From Candidatus Methanomethylophilaceae archaeon (GTDB lineage Archaea > Thermoplasmatota > Thermoplasmata > Methanomassiliicoccales > Methanomethylophilaceae), in NCBI GenBank assembly GCA_050944155.1, contig JBMNQN010000002.1:64001-128000 (forward strand): DNA of 64,000 bases, read 5' to 3'. Position 1 is the stretch's first letter, and every line of letters starts with the position of its first letter. Shown here piece by piece: positions 1 through 10,000 of this stretch. A model generated the notes under the pieces. That model was not told the DNA's origin, searched no databases, and worked only from the letters and a program-made list of their open reading frames with translations. The position numbers and the translations under genes are program-made.

Positions 1-19
1 TCAAATCCGGCCTCCGGCA
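1..19 (+). tRNA. 3' end of a tRNA truncated by the window edge (isotype undeterminable)
   Basis: TCAAAT T-loop, CCGGC T-stem, CTCCGGC acceptor strand and discriminator A, followed by a T-rich tract at 27-34. Confidence 0.75.
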
Positions 20-70
20 CTGTCAATTCTTTTTCGGGAGCCGTCCCGCGCGTATAATTCCGCACATAAG

Positions 71-80
71 CTTTTAAATA
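71..80 (+). promoter_or_regulatory. TATA box of the rps13 operon
   Basis: CTTTTAAATA about 25 nt upstream of a structured leader starting near 102. Confidence 0.55.
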
Positions 81-203
81 AGGAGTCCTTCCGAGGCACT
101 ACGCAAACCCGGGACCCGCCTTAAGGCGAAAACCGTGAGCGATGCCTGTCATGGCACCGCTTGGCTCATTCCCCCGAGGGGGAACATTTGCGGAGGAACA
201 AAA

Positions 204-677
204 ATGGCTAAAGAAAAGAAAGAGGCACCCAAGGCCGAAGACGAGAACTTCAACTTCATCGTCCGTATCGCCAACAGCGATATCGACGGACAGAAGGGAA
301 CCGTCATAGGTCTCCAGGGCATCAAAGGCGTAGGAGCCAGAGTGGCTCAGACGGTTGTAAAGAAAGCGGGAATCGACCCTTCCGTGAAGATAGGTTCCCT
401 TGACGAAGACAAAGTGAAGGAACTGGAAAACCTGGTTCTCACTTACGTCGAATACGCTCCTTCCTGGGCAATCAACAGGCAGATGGATTACGATTCCGGA
501 GCCGACATGCACCTTCTCGGAAACGATCTCGACATCATCCAGAAGGACGACGTAAACAGAATGAAAATGATACGCAGCTACCGCGGAATCAGGCACGAGA
601 CCCACCGCAAGGTAAGGGGTCAGAGAACCAGATCCAACGGAAGAAAGGGACTGACGCTGGGCGTCAAGAGGAAATGA
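204..677 (+). CDS. rps13: 30S ribosomal protein uS13
   Basis: GIKGVG and SYRGIRH...VRGQRTRSNGR motifs; GGAGG SD before ATG 204. Confidence 0.97.
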   Translation: MAKEKKEAPKAEDENFNFIVRIANSDIDGQKGTVIGLQGIKGVGARVAQTVVKKAGIDPSVKIGSLDEDKVKELENLVLTYVEYAPSWAINRQMDYDSGADMHLLGNDLDIIQKDDVNRMKMIRSYRGIRHETHRKVRGQRTRSNGRKGLTLGVKRK

Positions 678-687
678 GGCGGTTTGA

Positions 688-1338
688 ATGGGAGATCCTA
701 AATTTTCACGCAAATCCTACGAAACCCCGTCCCACCCGTGGCAGGGAGAGAGAATAAAGTCCGAGCGCGAAATCGTTACCGAATTCGGCCTTAAGAGCAA
801 AACCGAATTCTGGAAAGCGCAGTCCGTTCTCAGGAATTACAGAAAACAGTCCAGAGAGCTTCAGGCCCGTCTCAGAGGAAACGACGCACAGGCCCAGATC
901 GAAGCGGAGAACCTTCTGGCGAAATGCGGCCGCATCGGAATACTGCCCATGACCGGCGGAGACCTGAACGACATTCTGGTTCTCACCGAAAGGGACATCC
1001 TTTCCAGGCGCCTTCAGACGGTGGTTTACGAAAAAGGACTTGCCAGCACGATTAAACAGGCAAGACAGATGATCAACCACGGACACATCTTCATCAACGG
1101 ACACAGAGTGACCGTTCCCGGATACATAGTCCTCAGAAGCGAAGAGCCCACCGTGGAATACGCGCCCTCTTCCGCATTCACCGACGACATGCATCCCATG
1201 AGGGTTTCCGCGGAACAGGCCGCCGCCGCAGCCGAAGCCAAAGCGGCCCTGGCGGAAAAGGCACACAAGAGAAACGCCAAAGCGGCAAAAGAAGACGCCG
1301 AAGAGGCGGGAATAACAATCAAGGACGGTGAATTCTGA
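688..1338 (+). CDS. rps4: 30S ribosomal protein uS4
   Basis: MGDPK...PSHPW and RRLQTVVY...[11 protein letters not shown]4 motifs; Ala/Lys-rich C-terminal tail. Confidence 0.97.
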   Translation: MGDPKFSRKSYETPSHPWQGERIKSEREIVTEFGLKSKTEFWKAQSVLRNYRKQSRELQARLRGNDAQAQIEAENLLAKCGRIGILPMTGGDLNDILVLTERDILSRRLQTVVYEKGLASTIKQARQMINHGHIFINGHRVTVPGYIVLRSEEPTVEYAPSSAFTDDMHPMRVSAEQAAAAAEAKAALAEKAHKRNAKAAKEDAEEAGITIKDGEF

Positions 1339-1727
1339 TGGCTTCCGCAAAATGGGGAATAGCTAACATCTACGCCAGCTACAACAACATCATGATCACG
1401 CTTACCGACATCACCGGAGCGGAGACCATAGGCAAAGTGACCGGCGGAATGGTAGTCAAACAGGCTAAGGACCAGTCTTCTCCCTACGCAGCCCAGAAGG
1501 CCGCGGAGAAGATTGCCGAAATCGCCAAAGAGAAGGACGTTTCCGGAATACACGTCAAGGTACGCGCACCCGGAGGAAACAAATCCACCTCCCCCGGTCC
1601 CGGAGCTCAGGCAGCCATACGCGCACTCGCCAGAGCCGGACTGAGAATCGGCCGCATCGAAGACGTTACACCCATACCCCACGACGGTACGAAGAAGAAA
1701 GGCGGACGCAGAGGACGCAGGGTCTGA
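1338..1727 (+). CDS. rps11: 30S ribosomal protein uS11
   Basis: [37 protein letters not shown]. Confidence 0.98.
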   Translation: MASAKWGIANIYASYNNIMITLTDITGAETIGKVTGGMVVKQAKDQSSPYAAQKAAEKIAEIAKEKDVSGIHVKVRAPGGNKSTSPGPGAQAAIRALARAGLRIGRIEDVTPIPHDGTKKKGGRRGRRV

Positions 1728-1738
1728 GGTGTTCCTCC

Positions 1739-2578
1739 ATGGAAATCGAAGTCATCGAAATGGCAGAGAGGAAGGCATCCTTCGTTCTGAAGAATTCCTC
1801 TCCCGCCAAGGCAAACGCCCTCAGAAGGACCATGATGTCCGACATACCCAAGATGGCCATCGACAAAGTCGAATTCCATCTGGGACAGATTATGGTGGAC
1901 GGAAAGGAATACGAGAGCGTAACGCCGCTGTTCGACGAGATCATCGCCCACAGGCTCGGAATGGTACCCGTACCCACGGACCTCGACACCTTCGGATTTC
2001 AGGAAGACTGCGCCTGTGGAGGCGAAGGCTGCCCCAACTGCGCCATAATGTACAGTCTGAACAAAATCGGACCCTGTACCGTTATGTCCGGAGATCTTAT
2101 GCCTCTCGGCAGTCCCGAACTCAAGGTTAAGGACGAGTTCATACCCATAGTGGAACTCACTGGCGAACAGGCCGTTCTCATCTACGCCACGGCGGTTATG
2201 GGAACAGCGGCCAAACATGTAAAATGGCAGGCTGTCAGCGGCACGGGTTACAAATATTACCCGATAGTCAAGGTCGATCCCAAGAGAGCGTCCGCCGAGG
2301 AAGTTCTGAACTGCGCGAAGGTGTGCCCCAAGCAGGTCTTCGAAATCGTGGGAGGAAAACTCACCGTCAAGAATCCCATGGAATGCACCCTGTGCAAATC
2401 CTGCGTGGAGTCCGTGCACGGAGACGGTTCCGTAACCGTCGAAGGAGACGATAAAAATTTCATCTTTACCTTCGAAACGGACGGTTCCCTTACCGCGGAA
2501 CAGGTTCTCAGGAAGGCTGCGGAGATATTGTCCGAGCGCGCCGCCTCCCTTGCGGAAAAGGTCGCCGCTCTGCAGTAA
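1739..2578 (+). CDS. rpoD: DNA-directed RNA polymerase subunit D (Rpo3) with ferredoxin-like insert
   Basis: ANALRR, DEIIAHRLGMVP, ETDGSL; CxxxCP and CxxCxxC insert; conserved S13-S4-S11-RpoD order. Confidence 0.96.
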   Translation: MEIEVIEMAERKASFVLKNSSPAKANALRRTMMSDIPKMAIDKVEFHLGQIMVDGKEYESVTPLFDEIIAHRLGMVPVPTDLDTFGFQEDCACGGEGCPNCAIMYSLNKIGPCTVMSGDLMPLGSPELKVKDEFIPIVELTGEQAVLIYATAVMGTAAKHVKWQAVSGTGYKYYPIVKVDPKRASAEEVLNCAKVCPKQVFEIVGGKLTVKNPMECTLCKSCVESVHGDGSVTVEGDDKNFIFTFETDGSLTAEQVLRKAAEILSERAASLAEKVAALQ

Positions 2579-2586
2579 ACATGTTT

Positions 2587-2604
2587 CCGGGGCAAACGCC
2601 CCGG
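2587..2604. terminator. GC hairpin between convergent rpoD and polC
   Basis: CCGGGGC-AAAC-GCCCCGG perfect 7-bp stem followed by a pyrimidine tract. Confidence 0.55.
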
Positions 2605-2614
2605 TCCTTATTTC

Positions 2615-5600
2615 TTAAAAGAAATCGGTAAGTTTGCACTTTTTGACTTTATCGTTTTCGAAAACGGATTTCATGCTCATATCCAGTATGTCGATTCTGT
2701 CTCTCACGTATTTGTCCAGGTCGTACTTTTCGCCGATGGTTTTGGAAATCTCCAGATATTTCATGACGCTGGCTCTGTGAACGGTCATCGTGAGGCCGTT
2801 TCCGCAGTTTCTGCATTTGCCGTTCATGGGTATCCTTCTGTATTTCTCGCCGCACTTCGTGCATCTGAAAGTCTGGGCGGAGAAACTTCTGAGGTTTCCT
2901 ATCATGTCCGGCATGAAATGTTTGTTAATCACCAGGGTGGCGACGTTTTTCTCGTCCACCGCCCTTATTTTCTCACCGAGGGAAAGCTGGGCTTCCATCT
3001 TGTCCATCATGGAACCCAATGTTATGTATGCGGAATATTTCGGCCCCTCAGAAATGTTGGGTGTATCGTGTGTGAATCCGAATCCTTCGTACTGGGCGGG
3101 AGTTCCTATGCGCCCGGAAACCAGATCCATCTGCTTGTCTATGCTTTTCGGATCCTTCATTTCCATGGCGGATTCGTACAGTAAAAGCGGATATTCTCTG
3201 AGGCAGTCGATGTTGTGCGCCTCTTTGTCGATTTCGTTCGGATCCAGTCTGGTCGTAAGAACCAGAGGGGCGTCCATAAGTCCTCCGCGCCTGTCGGGAA
3301 GGAAGCTGAACGAAAAGTTCAGAAGAGCGTCCATCGCCAATATTATGCAGTCTTCGTCTCCGTCGCAGTTTCTTCTTTTAGAAGCGTGGAAGAACGGGTG
3401 TCCGAAGCATCCTCTCGCCGGGGAATAGCCAATTATGCGGCACAGAATTCCTCCGGAAGTGTGAGGTGCCAGACCGAAGACGATGTGGCCTATGAGTTCG
3501 TCTCTTTTCGATATGTTGTAATAGCGTTTGAGCCCGTAGATTTTTTCCAGTTCGTCGTCTACGTAGTTGGCGACTTTGACCATGAAATCGCCGCATTCGA
3601 TTGCGGGAATAATGTCCTGGATTTTGAGTTCGCACAGCTGGTCCGGATCGGTCAGAGGATTTCCGTTCCAATCTTTGGTATATCCGAGTTCTATGGCTTT
3701 TTCGACGCTCAGTCCGATCTCGGAAGGTCTGAAATGAGTGAGCGGGATGTCGGTCATGTCGTAGCGTACCGTTCCGTCTTTGTAGGTGGAAACTCCGTTC
3801 TTGGCTCTGAGAATTCCCTTTTCTATGGCTTCTGGCACCTTCTTTCTGGAAGTCAGGCTTTCCACGCATTTCAGCGCCTTTGGACGGCTTTCGCCCAACG
3901 CGGCGCAGGCTTTGCTCAGTTCCTCGTCCAGATTCACCGGGACGGAAGCTCTGTTCTGCCCCGCGAACCTGTCGGTCTGTTCGTATTCGGTATGTCCGCC
4001 GCACTCCGGGCATCTGATGTTCCATCCGATTTTTCCGCATGCGGAGCATCTTCTGCGTCCCAATTCCAGAGAAACCGTTCCGGTGGATTTCAGCGAAGAC
4101 TTTCTTGCGACGTCTATGGCAGAAAGCATTTCCTTGTTGGTTCCGGGTTCTTTTCCCACCGGGAAGAGGCAGTGGACGCTGGGACTCATTTCCCTTTCTT
4201 TCGCTTTTTCGGGACGGCCCATTCTCATTCCTATGCGGGTTCCCCCGCGGCCTTTGACTTCGTATCCCGCCGCGGAGCTCACCGCCTCCAGGACGGTCTT
4301 TCCTCCGAAACTTCCTTTTTCGGTTATCTTTCCGCTTTCGGAGCGAAGACCCAGACAGTCCAAAATCGGTTCGGAGTATCTTTCCGAAACAATCACCGTT
4401 CCGTCACGGAGTTCGTGAAGGGCACCCAGTTCTTCGAGGGTTTTCTTGATTGCCGGATCGAGCGGAACGGATATGCGCCCGTCCGAATACGTTCCGTTTT
4501 CCGTTATGTAATTTCTCAGTTCGTTTATCCTGTCCAATCCGAAATCGGACCAGAACAGGTTGTATCTGGGATGGAGCGGAACTCCTAGGGAAGCGGACAT
4601 CTCTTTCGCTCTGGCATATGTGGGAGAAGCCCAGTCTTCCGGAATCTCTCCGTGTTTTTTGAGTTCCTGTTTGTGCCACTCGAGACAGTATCCCGGGGGC
4701 ACAAGAACGTGATTGTTCTCGCAGAATTCGCCGAAAGGAATCAGAACTTCGCCGTTGTCCACAATCTGAACGATACGTTTTCTGACCTCCTGAACTTCGT
4801 CGACGGTATCGCAGTAAACCAAATCTCCGTTATCAAGCAGAAGAATAGGTCCTTCCACGGAATCGCAGGGCGTAACCACGCAGGCCTTTCCGGGTCTCTC
4901 GATTTTGAGCTGGGTCCCTATTGCCATGAATTCTTCCATGGCGTACATACTGGCGGGATTGAACGCCAGAGAAGCGAGACCCGCGGTTCTGGCTCTTCCG
5001 TACCTCAGCCTGAAACCGCCCTTTTCGACCGGGTCTCCGAATATGGGTCTTCCCGCCACCAGGTCGTTCAGGTAGGTGCCTTTTGCTTTAACTCCGCCCT
5101 CGTCTTCTTCCTCTTCCTCATCGTCGTCCCTGTCTTTGGTTTCCTGAACGGATTCCTTGGATTTGAGGAAATCCGCGATGAATTCCCAGCCTCCGATCTT
5201 CAGGGAGTCTACGTGCTTTTTGAGTTTCAGAGCCTTCTGGCACATTCCTTCGGCTATTACCAGGCAGGCTCCCCCGCGGACCTGATTGGTTTCTATGCGT
5301 GGCAGATCCCGGTAACCGGATATTTCCGCTCTTTCGGTTCCTTCCCCGTCGATCATTATCGGACAGTTTCTCACTATCAGGTCTATTTCCTTTGACGTGG
5401 GCATGTACTGAAGGTGCTGTTCCTGTTTGTAAAGGGGAATTTCCTCGTCGAATCTGGATATTTCCGCTTCGGTGGGGATGTATTTTCCGATTTTGAGCTC
5501 TCTTCTGACCACGTCGGCTATCAGAACGCTCATCGCCTGGGCCGTACCTCCGGCGGCTCTTATGGGGCCGGCGAACAGAAGATCGACGAAATCCGTTCCG

Positions 5601-6010
5601 TCGTCGTTTTTCTTTATTTTCACGTCCGCGATTCCTTCCAGCGGAGCCACCAATATTCCTTCGGTGAGGACGGCCAATCCCACTCTTATCGCTCTTTCGA
5701 GAGCCTTTTCGGTGCTCTCGGCGTTGCGGTGGGCCACTTCTTTGGCGACCATCAGGGAAACCATTTCGCGGTTTCCGTACTCCGCGGTCAGACGTCTTAT
5801 GTCTTCGGCGACTCCTTCCACGTCGTAATCGTGAAGAAGTTTTTCCACACGGGACGCAAGGTCTTCCGCCTGGGGAACTTCGACGAAAGTTTCCGGGTCG
5901 ATTCCCAGTTTTCTGGCTTCGCCCGCTATGGCGTAACAGATGTCCTTCTGTCTCGCAAGGCTGTCGAAATAATCGTAAATTTCCGGACTGGCGGCGGGAC
6001 GTTCAGGCAT
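2615..6010 (-). CDS. polC: DNA polymerase D large subunit DP2 (no intein)
   Basis: GFRLRYGR, GMRMGRPEKA, KRRNCDGDED catalytic motif, Zn fingers, C-terminal LTDFF PIP-like box. Confidence 0.97.
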   Translation of the reverse strand: MPERPAASPEIYDYFDSLARQKDICYAIAGEARKLGIDPETFVEVPQAEDLASRVEKLLHDYDVEGVAEDIRRLTAEYGNREMVSLMVAKEVAHRNAESTEKALERAIRVGLAVLTEGILVAPLEGIADVKIKKNDDGTDFVDLLFAGPIRAAGGTAQAMSVLIADVVRRELKIGKYIPTEAEISRFDEEIPLYKQEQHLQYMPTSKEIDLIVRNCPIMIDGEGTERAEISGYRDLPRIETNQVRGGACLVIAEGMCQKALKLKKHVDSLKIGGWEFIADFLKSKESVQETKDRDDDEEEEEDEGGVKAKGTYLNDLVAGRPIFGDPVEKGGFRLRYGRARTAGLASLAFNPASMYAMEEFMAIGTQLKIERPGKACVVTPCDSVEGPILLLDNGDLVYCDTVDEVQEVRKRIVQIVDNGEVLIPFGEFCENNHVLVPPGYCLEWHKQELKKHGEIPEDWASPTYARAKEMSASLGVPLHPRYNLFWSDFGLDRINELRNYITENGTYSDGRISVPLDPAIKKTLEELGALHELRDGTVIVSERYSEPILDCLGLRSESGKITEKGSFGGKTVLEAVSSAAGYEVKGRGGTRIGMRMGRPEKAKEREMSPSVHCLFPVGKEPGTNKEMLSAIDVARKSSLKSTGTVSLELGRRRCSACGKIGWNIRCPECGGHTEYEQTDRFAGQNRASVPVNLDEELSKACAALGESRPKALKCVESLTSRKKVPEAIEKGILRAKNGVSTYKDGTVRYDMTDIPLTHFRPSEIGLSVEKAIELGYTKDWNGNPLTDPDQLCELKIQDIIPAIECGDFMVKVANYVDDELEKIYGLKRYYNISKRDELIGHIVFGLAPHTSGGILCRIIGYSPARGCFGHPFFHASKRRNCDGDEDCIILAMDALLNFSFSFLPDRRGGLMDAPLVLTTRLDPNEIDKEAHNIDCLREYPLLLYESAMEMKDPKSIDKQMDLVSGRIGTPAQYEGFGFTHDTPNISEGPKYSAYITLGSMMDKMEAQLSLGEKIRAVDEKNVATLVINKHFMPDMIGNLRSFSAQTFRCTKCGEKYRRIPMNGKCRNCGNGLTMTVHRASVMKYLEISKTIGEKYDLDKYVRDRIDILDMSMKSVFENDKVKKCKLTDFF

Positions 6011-6986
6011 CCTTCTCCACCTGTACGGCTCTGAGTTTTTCCAAAATCATGTTATTAAGTTCTTCCATGTTCTCCCCGGTCTGGGCCGAGAAGAAGAAGT
6101 TCCCGCTTCCGGTGGTCATAATGTCGCTTTTGCTTTCCGCGACGATTATTTCCGCGTCGGGGAAACCTTTCATAACGGTTTCCAGAAGCGCTTTCTGTTT
6201 GTAAATCGAATATCCGCAGGTTTCGGACGGATCGATTACGAATACCATAAGATCTGTAAGATATCTCAGTGCCAGAACAGCCTGTTTTTCTATGTCGTTG
6301 CGGTTTTCGAAATCCCTGTCGAGAAGACCGGGAGTATCTATGATCTGGTATTTTCTGTATCCGTCCTCGATATGTCCTATGATGATTCCTTTCGTGGTGA
6401 AGGGGTACGGAGCGATTTCCGGGGTTGCGGTGCTCAGTTCGGTAACGAGTTTGCTTTTTCCCACGTTGGGGAATCCGGCTATTACCACGGTGGGCACATT
6501 CGGAAGCACGGAAGGCATGGACCTGAATTTGTTTTTGGCATCCTGCAGAAACAGAAGATGCGGCGAAATCATTCTGATGTACGATCCGAGTCTTCCGTAG
6601 AAGCTTTTCAGAGCGGCTTTTATGTACGTCGGATCTTTGCTGTAACGTATGTCGCGGAGAGTCTCGTTTTTCAGCTTCTCCGTGCGTCCGGCCGCCCAGT
6701 TAATCGACCCCAGGGCCTTTTTGTACGGATCGATTCCGATTACCAGGTCCACCAGCTGGGGAAAGAAGTCGTCGGCCTTCTCGACTCTGGGAAAGCGTTC
6801 GACGTAACCGTACAGGGTCGAAGAAACTATGTCTCCCGCGGCCGTAACTTTCGCAATGGCTGTTTTCTTTTTTCCGTCCAGCGAATTCGTGCCGGTTTTG
6901 GAAATCTTCAATGCCCTGCCGAAAGCCTTGTCCGCCAGTTCTTCGGAAGTGAGAACGGTCGGTATTCTGTGCTCCGTGCGGACCAT
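6003..6986 (-). CDS. NOG1-family GTPase
   Basis: GFPNVGKS, YPFTTKG, DTPGLLDR motifs. Confidence 0.92.
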   Translation of the reverse strand: MVRTEHRIPTVLTSEELADKAFGRALKISKTGTNSLDGKKKTAIAKVTAAGDIVSSTLYGYVERFPRVEKADDFFPQLVDLVIGIDPYKKALGSINWAAGRTEKLKNETLRDIRYSKDPTYIKAALKSFYGRLGSYIRMISPHLLFLQDAKNKFRSMPSVLPNVPTVVIAGFPNVGKSKLVTELSTATPEIAPYPFTTKGIIIGHIEDGYRKYQIIDTPGLLDRDFENRNDIEKQAVLALRYLTDLMVFVIDPSETCGYSIYKQKALLETVMKGFPDAEIIVAESKSDIMTTGSGNFFFSAQTGENMEELNNMILEKLRAVQVEKDA

Positions 6987-7027
6987 GTTTCCGTGAAGGG
7001 AATCCGATATAATAAACGGACTGCTTT

Positions 7028-10000
7028 TTACGCCTCGCGTATTTTGGCCTTTATCAGCCAGAGGTCAGACTTCAGATTCGGGTCGGTTTTCATGGACTTG
7101 GGAAGTAGCACGCTCGGGCAGTCCTCTATTCTGATTCCGGTGTTGACTTCCCAGTTTCCCGTGTCTTTTCCCAGAACCGCGCAGAGTCCGGATATGTTGC
7201 AGGATACGTAAGCTCCGGCTCTGACCGTCGGAACAATGTCGGTTCCTCCGAGGAATCCGGGCGTGGCCATTCCGGTGTAAACGGAAACCGCCAAATCCAC
7301 GTCGTCGAACGGTATTTTGCTTCCGTCGATTCCGTACGGATTCTCCATGTTGAACAGCAGCGCCTCGATTTCTCCGACTATGTATTTCAGAGTGTTGCCT
7401 ACGGTTTCCGAATCGATGGAAAGTGCGATTCTTATTCCCGTGGCGGAAGCCCCCGCCGCGTCGCTCACGTCGAAGGAGACGAAAAGGGAAGCCTCCACCA
7501 TGCACCCCGCAATCATGTCGATCGTCGAAGATATGGCGTCCTGAATGGTTCTCTGAAGGAACGCCGAAAGGTCTTCGGTGCCGTCAAGGACCCCGTCCAT
7601 CTCTTCCAGGGCTCTGATGGCCGAGTCCTTGAATATTTTTTTCATGTAACCCTTCATCATGTCTCCGTTCACCAGTCCTCCACAGTTCCCCTCTCCGGGG
7701 GTTCCTTTGGCGAATGTCCAGTCCACCGCTCCGTCGGCCACTCTCTGCCAGGTATAGGAGCTGTTGTTCGTATCGGTGAAGACGGGAGTCTCGTCGACGA
7801 TCTTTCCTTCTTTGTCTCTGAGAACGACTTTCTCTCCGTTCAGAGCGCCGTTCTTTCCGTTCACCAGAACCACATGATCGTCGAGAGGCACGAGCAGTCT
7901 TTCGTGAGGTGCCAGCACAGTCTCTCCCAGGTACATTTTCTTCTTTATTTCGTTGGTCCCGGCGCTTATGGAGTAACCGGAAATATCCGCGGTTTCGAAC
8001 GACGAGTTATAGATTTCCACCCACTCGGCCCCTTTGTCGTCCCCGGGAGGATTGGACTCGACTTCGTTTATCACGACGCCCTCTTCGAAGGGAACGTTGT
8101 ATTTGATTTCCAGTCCAGCATCGAGACTTCCCTTGAGACCCAGAGCGGGAAGGGGTATGTTGGAAATTGCGGTTCCAATACCCTCTATGTCGGAAAGTCT
8201 GACTCCCGTTTCCCTGTACTGAACCACTTCGGGCATAGCGATATCGAAAGACGTTCCCCTGACTTCGCCCTCTATCGTAACCAGATGTTTCATGGATTTC
8301 ATCAGAGGGTCGAATTTCATCTTCAGATTCCACTCCTTTCCTTTGAGCGAAGCGTCCCCCGTAAGGAAGAAATCCTTTCCCGACTGGGTATCCTTTTCTT
8401 TGATGGTCAGGCCGCTTTTCAACTTAAGTCCGCTGATTTCTCCGGAAAGGCTCACGGTTACTATGTTGCGGACATTTTTGGCCATGGAAACAATATCGAA
8501 GGAGAAGGTCAGCGCAAGACCCAGGAAGGAAATTCCCACGGTCTGTTTCTTCATGGTGGCTTTGAATATGTATTCGGTCATATTGACGAATCCCCCTATG
8601 GAACGGTTCATCATCGAGTCGAGATACTTTTCCGCGAATTCTTTCAGCTCCGCCATAGGCCCTATGATTGTGTCGTAAATGCGTTCGATAACTTTCGAAA
8701 CATATTTCGACAGTTCGAGGAGCGCGGAATTTATCAGAACCACAAGTTCCCTCAGCATGCCCACGATTTTTCTCAGAGGTTCGAGCAGGGGTTCCAGAGC
8801 TTTCACCAGAAGGGCCCAGCCGTCGCTGAAAATCGTGTTCGTCGGCGTATAGGAAGAAACTCCGGAAAGACCCCATCCGCTGACCACGGCAATCTTTATG
8901 TCTACGTCGATCGGAACGCTGCTCCGCATGGCTGAATCGTTAAGACCCAGTACGGAAGAAATGTCTCCGGTCCCGCTCGCCGTATAATCCAGACTGTCTT
9001 TGAGGGAAACCCTGAAAACGGTACAGAATGCGGCTCCCTTTTTCTCGTTGAATCCCACGTGGTGGACGCAGTCCTTCAGGTTTTCGTTGGGTCCGTACAC
9101 CCGTATGTCCGGATTCAGCTTATCGGCAATCTTTATCTTTTCCTTGGTTTCCGAGTGTTTGTCCCTGAGAACGAAACTGTCCGATCCCGGCATTTTAATC
9201 ACGCCGCAGTACGGATTCATGTCCATGTTGCGGCACATCTCTCCGCACATGTTCCACATGCGTTCGGGAATGTCGTCCACGACCGAAATCATCGGCATGA
9301 TTTTTTCGCAGATCATGGTCATGAATTTTTTGACCATTCCGCTCTGTCCTCCCGGAACCTTAAGCATCGAGTCATAACGCTGGCACATCTCTTCGGCGGC
9401 GTGTTTGTATTCCTCCAGAAGTTCTTCGTTGCAGTAGGCATCCATGGCCTTTTTACAGAATGCGAGTCTTTCGTTTATGTCGAAAAACGCGGCGTCTTCC
9501 GATGCGGCCCACGACGTGTTTGCTCTTAACCTCATGTTACTTTTGAACTGGGAGATTCCGAACACTTCGTCTTTGTGGTTTTTGATCTTTTCCGCTATGG
9601 CCGAACAGAACGGATCGAAAATCGTTTGGTTGTTTATCGACGTTTTCATGAACTTTTCAATTTCCGATTCGAGTTTTCCCAGGGCTGCGCCGATCCCGGT
9701 TTCTATGCTCTTCGAGAACGTTACGCTGTCCGTGCCGTCCACTTTTATTCTGACTGAAAACGCTGTTTTGTCGGCGGCTACGTTGATTGCCGCGGTATGA
9801 AGGATGCTTCGCATCCATTCGGTTATTTCGTTCGTTCCGAATCTGTATTCGCTCTTGAACTTGCACAATCCCTCCCATGCAAGAACGTCCACGTCGGGAT
9901 AGGGTACAGTTACGTATTCGCCTCCGGTCCTGAGGGTTTTGACCTCTCCGTCGACGGTTTTGGAAACCGAAATCTCCGGAACGTAATATTTTGCTGCTTT

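Noticed and set aside
1213-1310. Ala-rich low-complexity stretch in rps4
   Set aside because: An ordinary C-terminal helical tail, not a DNA repeat element
2615-6010. Intein in DP2 (or in RtcB)
   Set aside because: Lengths are normal and no splice-junction or LAGLIDADG motifs were seen
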